In this document: positions 30,731 through 39,754 of the stretch, piece by piece
How positions within the stretch are numbered: the stretch's first letter is position 1
Layout of the letters: the number at the start of each line of letters is the position of its first letter
Source of the DNA: Spirochaetia bacterium
GTDB lineage: Bacteria > Spirochaetota > Spirochaetia > UBA9216
Assembly: GCA_963677925.2 (NCBI GenBank)
Contig: CAXXYH010000003.1
Span: 1,408,001 to 1,472,000, forward strand
DNA: 64,000 nt
Direction: 5' to 3'
Program-made: the position numbers and the translations under genes
Notes under the pieces: generated by a model
Told to the model about the DNA's origin: nothing
Databases searched by the model: none
What the model saw: only the letters and a program-made list of their open reading frames with translations

Positions 30731-31891
30731 ATGGAATTTTTCTCAAAAAGCATTGCTGATATCACGGGTTTGAATATCTGGCTTTTCCCTGCAGGGGAAA
30801 GCTCCATACAGCATATTTCAGGAAGTGAGAATCTGGCCGCAATGAAAAATGAACTTAATATAGCCGCACTTCAATACATGCATCATAATAATGATCCCGC
30901 ACTCCTTTTTACAGACATTCACAATCTTTCATATGTTCATGGGGAGTTTGAGGAAGGCACAGTACTGTGCGGTCCCTTTTTAAATGAAGAACATCAGGTT
31001 TCCAATGAGCTCAGAAATAAAACAGTTATGATGCTGGTTCCTACACTAAGCAAGGATGAAATTCAGGCTATAGGTCAGCTGATACGAATTTTCGCAAATC
31101 AAAGAGGATTAAAAGTCCAGACCACGATACCTCAGATTGATCACATGGTAACTCATAACCCGGCACATGATGATCTCAACAGGATAAACAAGGAAGTAAT
31201 CGAGGAATCATATAAAAAGGAACGAAAACTTCGCATCCTTGTCTCTGGCGGAGACATCGAAGGATTGAAACAGTTTCTGAAAAGTTTTCTCCCGACTAAG
31301 ACGATGATTCATGCTATGCCGATAAACCCGCTCAGACAGTCGAAAAATGGAAGTATTATACTTAATACAATTTTAAGGCTAAGTGCAGAAAAGGGAGGAA
31401 TGATACCGATAATGCTTCACGGAATGTCCTCTGAATTCGCAAGACGTATAGAAAGGGCAAGATCTGAGGAGGAGCTTAAGAATCTCCGGGATGAAATGTG
31501 CCTGGCATATTGCGACGCTGTAAATAAATTTTCTATTGCCAATCACAGCCTTATAGTAAAGAAAACTTCTGAATATATAATGACACATCTAAATGAAAAA
31601 CTAAGCTTAAGCGATCTGGCTGATTTTGTTTCCTGCTCCGCAACTTACCTTGCAAGGCAGTTCCGGAAAGAACAGGGCATGTCAGTCGGGGAATTTATCA
31701 GATCCAAAAAGATTGATGAAGCAAAATACCTTCTTGCCAATACCCAGGAATCGCTTGCTGAAATTTCTCTCAAACTCGGCTTTGAAGATATGGGGTATTT
31801 CACCAGGGTTTTCAGAAAAACAACAGGAAACCCTCCCAGTGTATATAGAAACCGGATTGAAGCAGAGATAGACAGCAGCCTGCCTATTTAA
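30731..31891 (+). CDS. AraC-family regulator (PocR-like N-terminal region)
   Basis: C-terminal LSLSDLA...YLARQFRKE...LGFEDMGYFTRVFRKTTG. Start moved from 30665 to 30731 because the promoter lies inside the extension. Confidence 0.9.
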   Translation: MEFFSKSIADITGLNIWLFPAGESSIQHISGSENLAAMKNELNIAALQYMHHNNDPALLFTDIHNLSYVHGEFEEGTVLCGPFLNEEHQVSNELRNKTVMMLVPTLSKDEIQAIGQLIRIFANQRGLKVQTTIPQIDHMVTHNPAHDDLNRINKEVIEESYKKERKLRILVSGGDIEGLKQFLKSFLPTKTMIHAMPINPLRQSKNGSIILNTILRLSAEKGGMIPIMLHGMSSEFARRIERARSEEELKNLRDEMCLAYCDAVNKFSIANHSLIVKKTSEYIMTHLNEKLSLSDLADFVSCSATYLARQFRKEQGMSVGEFIRSKKIDEAKYLLANTQESLAEISLKLGFEDMGYFTRVFRKTTGNPPSVYRNRIEAEIDSSLPI

Positions 31892-31894
31892 TTC

Positions 31895-32788
31895 TTAGCC
31901 CTTGCTCTCCCAGGAAGGGATATCAGGCAGACTTTCTGTAAATTCCTTAATAAGGAAAGCCTGGTATTCATCATCATAAGTGCCGCCAAGAAATCGATCC
32001 AATGCCGTATTTAAAAATTCCGCCCAGCTCTCAATTTCTCTTCCGGGAATGACAGGATAGAACAATACACCGTTAGCCTGAGCAGCCTTCAAATCCCCCG
32101 GAGCATCACCTATTTTTATTACATTACTTCCGGTATACCGGCCATCCATAACTATCCTGATATGGTCCTCTTTAGTACCGGCTTCCTGCCCGGCAATCAC
32201 CTGAACATAATCTGCAATTCCATGTTCATTCCATTCCCGTTCCAGAGCCTCCATAGGAGTAGCAGAAACAACCAGCAAGTCCGCATATACAGCTGATTTT
32301 TCAAGTGTTTTATGCACACCGCTGAATGGGGGAACACCCTTAAACGATTCGGTTACAGTCCTGTTGATACCTAATGACCAGTCATAAGTTCTTTGCAGTA
32401 TAGGGTCACCTGTCCGTATAACTTCTTTTTCAAGTGCAGAATTAGCCAGTGCATCAGTATTTTCTATCCAGTTTCTCAAAGAAGTGAGATCAGGCTTAAT
32501 CCAGCCGCTGCTTCGAACCTCTGTTCTATCTGAAAGCATATCAAGGGAATAGACCAGAGCTTTAAAGCGGTTTACACCCCTCGTTCCTGAATACAAATTT
32601 ACAAATTCCCAGACCTCTCTTGCAGGAGTCTCCAGTTCCTGAAGACCCCAATGCTTTATAAAATTCGGCGCAAAACACTCTCGATGTTTTACCCCCATAG
32701 AATCAAAAACACATCCGTCGGAATCAATACAAATGAGGAAGTCGTGTTCTTTTTTAAAATTCTGAAGCCTGTATAATGAATCGTTCAT
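31895..32788 (-). CDS. HAD-family hydrolase (putative sugar-phosphate phosphatase)
   Basis: Motif I IDSDGCVFD, motif II VVSA, K of GTKE, motif IV IGDAPGD. Confidence 0.88.
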   Translation of the reverse strand: MNDSLYRLQNFKKEHDFLICIDSDGCVFDSMGVKHRECFAPNFIKHWGLQELETPAREVWEFVNLYSGTRGVNRFKALVYSLDMLSDRTEVRSSGWIKPDLTSLRNWIENTDALANSALEKEVIRTGDPILQRTYDWSLGINRTVTESFKGVPPFSGVHKTLEKSAVYADLLVVSATPMEALEREWNEHGIADYVQVIAGQEAGTKEDHIRIVMDGRYTGSNVIKIGDAPGDLKAAQANGVLFYPVIPGREIESWAEFLNTALDRFLGGTYDDEYQAFLIKEFTESLPDIPSWESKG

Positions 32789-32821
32789 GTTCTGTCCTTT
32801 TTAAGCAATTAAGTTCCTGCC

Positions 32822-34570
32822 TTAAAGCCGGGTTTCCCAACGGCCGCAGAAAACAGTTTCACTCGCTCTTCCCCTGAATTCTGTTTTTCCGCAGATCTTT
32901 TCTATTGCTTTTCTTATACCGATCCTCTGGCTGGAATATACGTGAACAAGTGTTTTCACCTGGGGTATATCTATCAGATGATTTGTATAATTCAGGCTCA
33001 TTGCTATTGTTGGAACCTCCGGAATATACCAGGGCATTTCCTTGCTGTGGTGTATACTCCATCGAATTCGCTCGTTATTTTCCTGTGCATATCCCTTAAT
33101 GTTCAGAACCAGGAATACCAGATCATATTTCGATCTGAATTCTTTCCGTGATCCCGGCTCCAGCATCTGTCCGAAATTCATTGGGCCAGGTCCGTTTTTT
33201 ATCTCTAAATCATGGAAATTCATCAGGGCATCCACTTCAAATCCTGCATTTTGTAGTTCTTCTATTACAATATTCTTTACAGGATCACCGGAGTAAGCTC
33301 TGCTGTTGGGAATATTCGGAACATATACAAGCAGGGCCTTCTTATACTTTTCAGGGTTCACCGGGAGCAGCTCATTGGTATCTTTCACCAGAGTTATACA
33401 TTTCTCTGCTGCCGCTTCAGTATAAGAAAGATGCTGAGTACAGCCTACAATGCTTTTTCCCAATGCCGCATCAGGAAAACAGATATCAGGCTCGTTGACC
33501 CTGACCCTCGCCTTTAATGCAAGGATTCTGGTCACAGCATCATCCAGACGTTTCTCTGAAATTATACCCTTTATCAGACCGTTTCTTATAAACCCCAGAT
33601 CTTCTTCCAGATTATTGGCAAATAGAATCATGTCACATCCGGCTGCAATAGCCCTTGGAAGTGCATCTTCGCGTTTAATTACCGCAGAAAGGCCTATCAT
33701 ATGGGTAGCATCTGTTAGAATTAAACCCTGAAAGCCGAGCTTGTTTCGAAGAAGATCTGTTAGCAATTCAGGAGAAACCGTAGCAGGCATAATTTCGCTG
33801 TCCTTAATTCCCGGAACAAGTTTCCTGCTCATTGCAGGAAATGCAATATGACCGACCATTATACTTTCTATCCCGTCACTTATGAGCCCCCGGTATACTT
33901 TCCCGAAACTGGCTTCCCACTCGTCAACATCAAGACTGTTTATTCCCATAACAAGATGCTGGTCAAGTTCTTCCACTCCGTCACCGGGAAAATGTTTTGC
34001 ACAGCATGCCATATGCGGAACTCCGGCCCGCACACCTTTTATAAACGCCCGCGTATTTTTCAAAACCGTATCGGCTGTGTCGCCGAAACAGCGTGTATTT
34101 ACAATACTGTTTCTCCAGTTCATGTAAATATCTGCCACCGGATTAAAGAGCCAGTTGCAGCCGGCACTGCCGCTTTCCTTTGCAGCGACCAGTCCCATAT
34201 GATAAGCTGTCTCCTCACCATCTTCTGCTGCGGCCTGTACTGCTGTTGCGACGAAAGTTCCTTCAGGAAAGGCACCGCTGCCTCCGTCATCACAATTAGC
34301 AGCTATCAGAAGAGGAATCGGTGAATATTTCTGATAAGCAGTATTCTGATTATAGACAGCCTCCCAGTTCCCTCCCTGCCAGCGCAGGCCGCCCTGGCGT
34401 GTTTCCTGTATTGTGCTTCGGATGCTGTTTTCATCTTTATTCTGCCTGGTATCCAGCAGAATAAACAGCTGTCGAATTTTATCTTCAACATTCATCCCGG
34501 CTATCATTTTTTCAACCCAGCTAATCTGACTGTCATTTAGGTAAAAGGGATTTTCCCTGAGATTTATCAC
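32822..34570 (-). CDS. GH3 NagZ-like glycosidase/glycoside phosphorylase (DQH type)
   Basis: KHFPGDGVEELDQH, MVGHI, LILTDATHM (Asp nucleophile); no signal peptide. Confidence 0.88.
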   Translation of the reverse strand: MINLRENPFYLNDSQISWVEKMIAGMNVEDKIRQLFILLDTRQNKDENSIRSTIQETRQGGLRWQGGNWEAVYNQNTAYQKYSPIPLLIAANCDDGGSGAFPEGTFVATAVQAAAEDGEETAYHMGLVAAKESGSAGCNWLFNPVADIYMNWRNSIVNTRCFGDTADTVLKNTRAFIKGVRAGVPHMACCAKHFPGDGVEELDQHLVMGINSLDVDEWEASFGKVYRGLISDGIESIMVGHIAFPAMSRKLVPGIKDSEIMPATVSPELLTDLLRNKLGFQGLILTDATHMIGLSAVIKREDALPRAIAAGCDMILFANNLEEDLGFIRNGLIKGIISEKRLDDAVTRILALKARVRVNEPDICFPDAALGKSIVGCTQHLSYTEAAAEKCITLVKDTNELLPVNPEKYKKALLVYVPNIPNSRAYSGDPVKNIVIEELQNAGFEVDALMNFHDLEIKNGPGPMNFGQMLEPGSRKEFRSKYDLVFLVLNIKGYAQENNERIRWSIHHSKEMPWYIPEVPTIAMSLNYTNHLIDIPQVKTLVHVYSSQRIGIRKAIEKICGKTEFRGRASETVFCGRWETRL

Positions 34571-34625
34571 ACAATACTCCTTTAAGCGGTAAAGATAACC
34601 GGACCGTAATTTATACTGTTTGTAT

Positions 34626-34643
34626 TTTGATTATATAATCAAA
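34626..34643. promoter_or_regulatory. Perfect 18-bp palindrome upstream of the GH3-HAD pair (candidate operator)
   Basis: TTTGATTATATAATCAAA. Confidence 0.5.
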
Positions 34644-34734
34644 GGTCAGAGGGTTTTGGGATAATTAAATACAATTAGGGATTATTACAACAAAACAATC
34701 ATCTGCTAAGAAGATGAAAATTTTAATCGGCTGA

Positions 34735-35487
34735 CTATACAATAAGCAGTTCGAAGCCTAACTCTTTGAAAAGATCAGGTTCCTTGAAACCTGTATCGGT
34801 TATCAATATATCGACCATTTTACTGTCAGCAAATTTTGCAAAAGCGCTGGCATTATACTTGCTGCTGTCAGACAGAATAACCCTTCGCTTTGAAGCTTTC
34901 AGGATTTCACATTTGACAGAGGCTTCAATGGAATTTCCCGACAGGAACGAACCTTCAGGGCTGAAGCTTTCCGCACCTACGAAACATATATCAAACTGCA
35001 TTTGCTTTATACCGGATTCAGTAACCGGTCCGATAAAAGAACCGGCCTCCTGTCTTAAATTTCCGCCTAATACGGTAAGCACAGCCGATTCTGATTTATT
35101 GAGAACATTAATAACCTCAAGTGAATTAGTAACAACTCTTACAGCATGCTCAATAAGTTTTTCAGCAAGCATTGCATTAGTAGTCCCTGCATCCAGACAG
35201 ACGGTATCACCGTCCTGAACAAGCTTAAGCGCATACGATGTTATCCTGTCTTTTTCATTGTAATTTCTGCTTTTCCGTGAAGAAAGATTTGTAACGGCAT
35301 TAACACTTTGAGCAAGACGGGCTCCGCCATGGCTGCGGATAATATAGCCCATATTCTCAAGCTGAGTCAGGTCTTTTCTGACAGTGACACTTGAAACGCC
35401 AAGTCTGTCCGTTAATTCAGCGACAGAAAGATTACGGAAGTTATGCAGAAATTTCAGTATCTGATCATGTCTGGGATTTCCTGGCAA
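34735..35487 (-). CDS. DeoR/GlpR-family regulator
   Basis: VSSVTVRKDL, RSHGGA, LDAGTT, VVTNS, DSSK. Confidence 0.95.
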   Translation of the reverse strand: MPGNPRHDQILKFLHNFRNLSVAELTDRLGVSSVTVRKDLTQLENMGYIIRSHGGARLAQSVNAVTNLSSRKSRNYNEKDRITSYALKLVQDGDTVCLDAGTTNAMLAEKLIEHAVRVVTNSLEVINVLNKSESAVLTVLGGNLRQEAGSFIGPVTESGIKQMQFDICFVGAESFSPEGSFLSGNSIEASVKCEILKASKRRVILSDSSKYNASAFAKFADSKMVDILITDTGFKEPDLFKELGFELLIV

Positions 35488-35597
35488 ATTCCAACCTCTT
35501 ATATTTCATGTGCTATATAAGATAATAGAGAGAAAGTGCAGATATGTCCACAAAAAGTTTCATATTCTTACGTTTTACGAAAGTTTTAATAACACTC

Positions 35598-35626
35598 TTG
35601 ACAGACCAATACAACAGAGCAATAAT
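35598..35626 (+). promoter_or_regulatory. sigma70 promoter of the SDR-uxaC operon
   Basis: TTGACA, 17 bp, AATAAT upstream of 35661. Confidence 0.55.
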
Positions 35627-35660
35627 TTATCTTAAATATTTATTATAACAGGATGGAAAT

Positions 35661-36476
35661 ATGAGAGCTTTAGGCGATGAAATAGCAGTAATAACTGGAG
35701 GGACCGGTGCCATAGGGTCAAGCTTTGCTAAAGGCCTTCTGAACGCCGGGGCAAGGGTTATAATCCTTGGAAGAGGAAAAACAAAGCCGGTTGACGATGC
35801 AGTCAGAGACATTCTTTCAGACGGCAGCCTTCCCGAAGATGCAGGAAAAAGACTTTCGGGCTACACCTGTGATGTAGCTGATGAAATGGATATAAGCAGA
35901 ATTATAGACTTAATCACAAATGATGCCGGCATACCGACTATCCTTATCAATGCAGCAGGAGGAAACAAGGGCAAGGCCGATTTTGTTGATGTTGATGTGA
36001 GTATATTTAATGAAGTTGTTCAGATGAACCTTCTTGGAGGGCTCGTTGTTCCTACAAAACATATAGCCAGATTATGGATCGAGAATAAAATTCAGGGAAC
36101 CGTTATAAATATTGCATCAATGGCTTCCTACCTGCCCCTATCCGGAGTGTGGGCTTATGGAGCTTCAAAAGCAGGAGTAATGAATCTGACTGCAGGGCTT
36201 GCCAAAGAACTTGCGGAACACGGTATCAGGGTTAACGGAATTGCTCCCGGCTTCTTTGTTGGCAACCAGAACAGAGCTCTTCTGTATGAAGATTATGAAA
36301 AAGGCATTCTTACTGAAAGGGGTAAACAGATAATAGCTCATACCCCCTTCGGACGCTTTGGAAAACTCGAAGAACTAAATGGAACACTTGTATATCTCTG
36401 TGATAAGTCGCAGTCAGGATTTGTCAGCGGAGTCACAATCCCGGTCGACGGCGGATACCTGATAGATAATATCTGA
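35661..36476 (+). CDS. SDR oxidoreductase, probable D-mannonate (fructuronate) oxidoreductase
   Basis: TGGTGAIG, NAAGGN, YGASK, IAPGFFVGNQNRALL, HTPFGRFG; adjacent to uxaC. Confidence 0.8.
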   Translation: MRALGDEIAVITGGTGAIGSSFAKGLLNAGARVIILGRGKTKPVDDAVRDILSDGSLPEDAGKRLSGYTCDVADEMDISRIIDLITNDAGIPTILINAAGGNKGKADFVDVDVSIFNEVVQMNLLGGLVVPTKHIARLWIENKIQGTVINIASMASYLPLSGVWAYGASKAGVMNLTAGLAKELAEHGIRVNGIAPGFFVGNQNRALLYEDYEKGILTERGKQIIAHTPFGRFGKLEELNGTLVYLCDKSQSGFVSGVTIPVDGGYLIDNI

Positions 36477-36502
36477 TAAAACTAAAAGGGAGGCTGTTAT
36501 TA

Positions 36503-37912
36503 ATGAAATTCATACACGAGGAGTTCATGCTTGAAAACACTTCTGCGTCCAGACTTTATCATGAATATGCCGAAAAACAGCCTATCATCGATTATCATTG
36601 CCACCTTGATCCGCAGGAGATTTCTGAAGATAAATCCTGGGAAAATATAACACAGGTATGGCTTTACGGTGATCATTACAAATGGCGGGCAATGCGCAGC
36701 AACGGCATTGATGAACGTTTCTGCACAGGAACTGCCTCAGATTGGGAAAAATTCAAGAGTTTTTCCGAGATAATGCCCTTCCTGCTTCGGAACCCTCTCT
36801 ATCACTGGAGCCACCTGGAACTGGCGCGAAGTTTTAAAATAGACAATCTGCTGCTCTCTGAAAAAACTGCACAGGAAGTCTGGGACAGAAGCTCAGAAAT
36901 ACTTCAGGACGGCCTGTCTGCCCGGCAATTAATGAAAAACAACAATGTACTGGCAGTCTGCACAACAGATGATCCGGCTGACAGTCTTGAACATCATATA
37001 AAGATTTCAGAATCGGAAAGCTTTACACGCGTACTGCCCACCTGGAGACCCGATAATGCACTGGCTATTGAAAAAGAATCATGGCCGGGCTATATCCGGC
37101 GTTTGTCAGAAGTTTCAGATACTGATATTTCTTCATACGATGATTTGATCGAATCCCTGAGTAAAAGACACCGGTTCTTTCATGATACCGGCTGCAGACT
37201 ATCAGATCACAGTTTGGAAACCTTCTTTATAACAGATTACAATGCAAAAGAAGTAAGGAATATTTTTACAAAAGCCGTAGCAGGAAAATCTGTAAGTATT
37301 GAAGAATCCCGGAAGTTTAAAACCGCCCTGATGCTTGAGTTCGGAAGAATGGATGCAGAAAAGGGATGGACAAAACAGATGCATATTGGAGCTCTCCGGA
37401 ACAACAGCAGCAGAATGTACAATATTCTTGGACCGGACAGCGGATTTGATTCGATAGACGATCAGCCTGTTGCACGGCCGCTTGGTCGCCTGCTTGATAT
37501 GCTTGACAGAGAAAACAGCCTGCCTAAAACCATACTGTACAATCTTAACCCTAAAGACAATGAAGTGATTGCCACCATGATTGGGAATTTTCAGGACGGC
37601 AGGATTGCCGGAAAAATTCAGTTTGGAAGCGGCTGGTGGTTTATGGATCAGAAAAACGGAATAGAGCGCCAGATTGAAGCTCTTTCACAGCTTGGCAGCT
37701 TAGGCCGTTTCGTTGGGATGCTCACTGACAGCCGTTCTTTTCTGTCATATTCCAGACACGAATATTTCCGAAGGATTCTGTGCAGCATCATAGGAAGAGA
37801 TATGGAAGCGGGAATGATTCCTGATGATTTCCAGCTTGCGGGGAAGCTGGTGGAAGATATATGCTATGGGAATGCATCAAGATACTTCGGATTCGATCTG
37901 AATCAGGATTAA
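36503..37912 (+). CDS. uxaC: Glucuronate isomerase
   Basis: PIIDYHCHL, GDHYKWRAMR, NPLYHWSHLEL, CTTDDP, GWWFMDQ, GMLTDSRSFLSY. Confidence 0.98.
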   Translation: MKFIHEEFMLENTSASRLYHEYAEKQPIIDYHCHLDPQEISEDKSWENITQVWLYGDHYKWRAMRSNGIDERFCTGTASDWEKFKSFSEIMPFLLRNPLYHWSHLELARSFKIDNLLLSEKTAQEVWDRSSEILQDGLSARQLMKNNNVLAVCTTDDPADSLEHHIKISESESFTRVLPTWRPDNALAIEKESWPGYIRRLSEVSDTDISSYDDLIESLSKRHRFFHDTGCRLSDHSLETFFITDYNAKEVRNIFTKAVAGKSVSIEESRKFKTALMLEFGRMDAEKGWTKQMHIGALRNNSSRMYNILGPDSGFDSIDDQPVARPLGRLLDMLDRENSLPKTILYNLNPKDNEVIATMIGNFQDGRIAGKIQFGSGWWFMDQKNGIERQIEALSQLGSLGRFVGMLTDSRSFLSYSRHEYFRRILCSIIGRDMEAGMIPDDFQLAGKLVEDICYGNASRYFGFDLNQD

Positions 37913-38014
37913 AGCTGAGACCTCCTGATGCAAGTGAAAAACCCTGCATTCTCTTCCAGAGTCCTGCCATAAGGTAATTCGTTTATATGCATCAGAACCG
38001 GCCAAATATATTAT

Positions 38015-39685
38015 TTATATTTCCCTTTCATATACAGTTTTTCCTCTGAAAACAGTTTTTACAACACGTACATCTATAATCTTTTCGGGGTTGATGGAAA
38101 AAATATCTTCATCAAGAATGATAAAATCAGCAGATTTGCCTGCTTTGATCGAACCTGTCTCATCTTCAAGAAAATTTGCATAAGCAGCATTGAACGTAAA
38201 TGAGTTTATCATGGTTTTTAAATCCACTCTTTCCTCACTCCATAGCGGTTCACCATATTCCGCATCATGAGGATTACATCTAGTTATTCCGATCTGTATA
38301 GCTTCCAGAGGATTCGGATTAATTGTAACCGGAAAATCACTTGCTGATGCTACAACGATTCCCTGATCAATAAATCCAGCCATCGGATATTCATGTTCAG
38401 CCCGGTCGGCACCAAGATAGGGTACCTGAAGTTTGTAATAGTATTCATCTTTCATAAACCAGTAAGGATTGGGAATACAGACTATTCCAAGCTCACTGAT
38501 TTTTTGTATATCGTTTTCAGCGACAATCTGTAAATGTGTAATGCAATGCCTTTCATCGGTTTTGTCGGTTTCGGACAAAGCTCTTTCAAATGATTTAACT
38601 ATAAGAGCGGTTGCTGCATCGCCTATTGAATGTAAATGTACTTGAAATCCATATTCACGCGCAGACTTTATTATTGAAAAAAGCAGTTCTCCGGAATAGT
38701 ATGCCTTCCCCCTATAGCCTTCCATTCTTCCGGCAGCTTCAAGGTAAGGTTCCAGTAAAAAGGCAGTCCCGCCTTCCAATACACCATCCATGAAAATCTT
38801 TACGCTGTTAATTTTAAATTTAAGTCCCGATTCATCCCGGCCTCTTGCCTGATTTATCAGTTCAATCTGATTCAAATCACCAGCCTTATCCCATGCGTAG
38901 GCTCCCCTGAAATACATTTGCAGTTCATCACTATCTGCCAATTCCTTTATTGCCGCGACGGCATTACTTCCGGGAAACAGAACAGCATCAAAAGTTCCCG
39001 TAATCCCTAAAGAAAGTGCCATTTTCTGGTATTCAAGAAACGCATCTTTATACTGCTTTACCGAAAATTCAGGAAAATGCTTCATAACCATGTCAGCGGC
39101 AGACTCCCTGAGTGTACCTATAGGTTCACCGGAATCATCTTTTTCGATAATACCTCCGTCCGGATTTTCAGTATCCCTGCCTATCCCGGCAATCTCCAGC
39201 ATCTTTGTATTAACCCAGAGAGAGTGGTGATCTTCGGACCATAAAATAATAGGTATTTTATCTGAGATACGATCAAGAATTTTTCGGGATGGCCCCTTAT
39301 TGTCAAAAACCGTATTGGTCCAACCATTTCCGGCAATAAAGGTGGCTTCTGGATTTTCCGTCAGATACATTTCAACAGCCTCAATATACTCATCCAAAGT
39401 GTGCATTTCCGAGATATTTACGGAATTCATCAGCTCGACCATTGCTGTAGGATGACAATGAGCATCAAAAAAAGACGGAAGAACCGTATTCCCTCCAAGA
39501 TCAATGATTTCAGTTTCCTGAACGATCCAGTCAATTACACCGGAGTTATCGCCGGCATATGCATATTTACCATTTTTGACGGCTATAGAGTTTACGATTG
39601 TCTGCTCTTCATCACATGTAAAAATATTTCCATTTAGCAGAACAAATTCAGCCCCTTCCAGATTGCCAGTTTTTTTGTCTGTCAT
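38015..39685 (-). CDS. Metal-dependent amidohydrolase (Amidohydro_3/YtcJ-like)
   Basis: PSFFDAHCH, HHSLWVN, KIFMDG, HSIGDAA, HLQ, SASDFPV, GSIKAGKSADF. Confidence 0.92.
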   Translation of the reverse strand: MTDKKTGNLEGAEFVLLNGNIFTCDEEQTIVNSIAVKNGKYAYAGDNSGVIDWIVQETEIIDLGGNTVLPSFFDAHCHPTAMVELMNSVNISEMHTLDEYIEAVEMYLTENPEATFIAGNGWTNTVFDNKGPSRKILDRISDKIPIILWSEDHHSLWVNTKMLEIAGIGRDTENPDGGIIEKDDSGEPIGTLRESAADMVMKHFPEFSVKQYKDAFLEYQKMALSLGITGTFDAVLFPGSNAVAAIKELADSDELQMYFRGAYAWDKAGDLNQIELINQARGRDESGLKFKINSVKIFMDGVLEGGTAFLLEPYLEAAGRMEGYRGKAYYSGELLFSIIKSAREYGFQVHLHSIGDAATALIVKSFERALSETDKTDERHCITHLQIVAENDIQKISELGIVCIPNPYWFMKDEYYYKLQVPYLGADRAEHEYPMAGFIDQGIVVASASDFPVTINPNPLEAIQIGITRCNPHDAEYGEPLWSEERVDLKTMINSFTFNAAYANFLEDETGSIKAGKSADFIILDEDIFSINPEKIIDVRVVKTVFRGKTVYEREI

Positions 39686-39708
39686 CGTATAAGATTCCTT
39701 ATATATCA

Positions 39709-39743
39709 GCGGTTTGCATTTACTGATGGTAAATGCAAACCGC
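39709..39743. terminator. Perfect 15-bp stem-loop between transporter and amidohydrolase genes (no U-tract)
   Basis: GCGGTTTGCATTTAC-TGATG-GTAAATGCAAACCGC. Confidence 0.6.
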
Positions 39744-39754
39744 CGGCAGTAATA

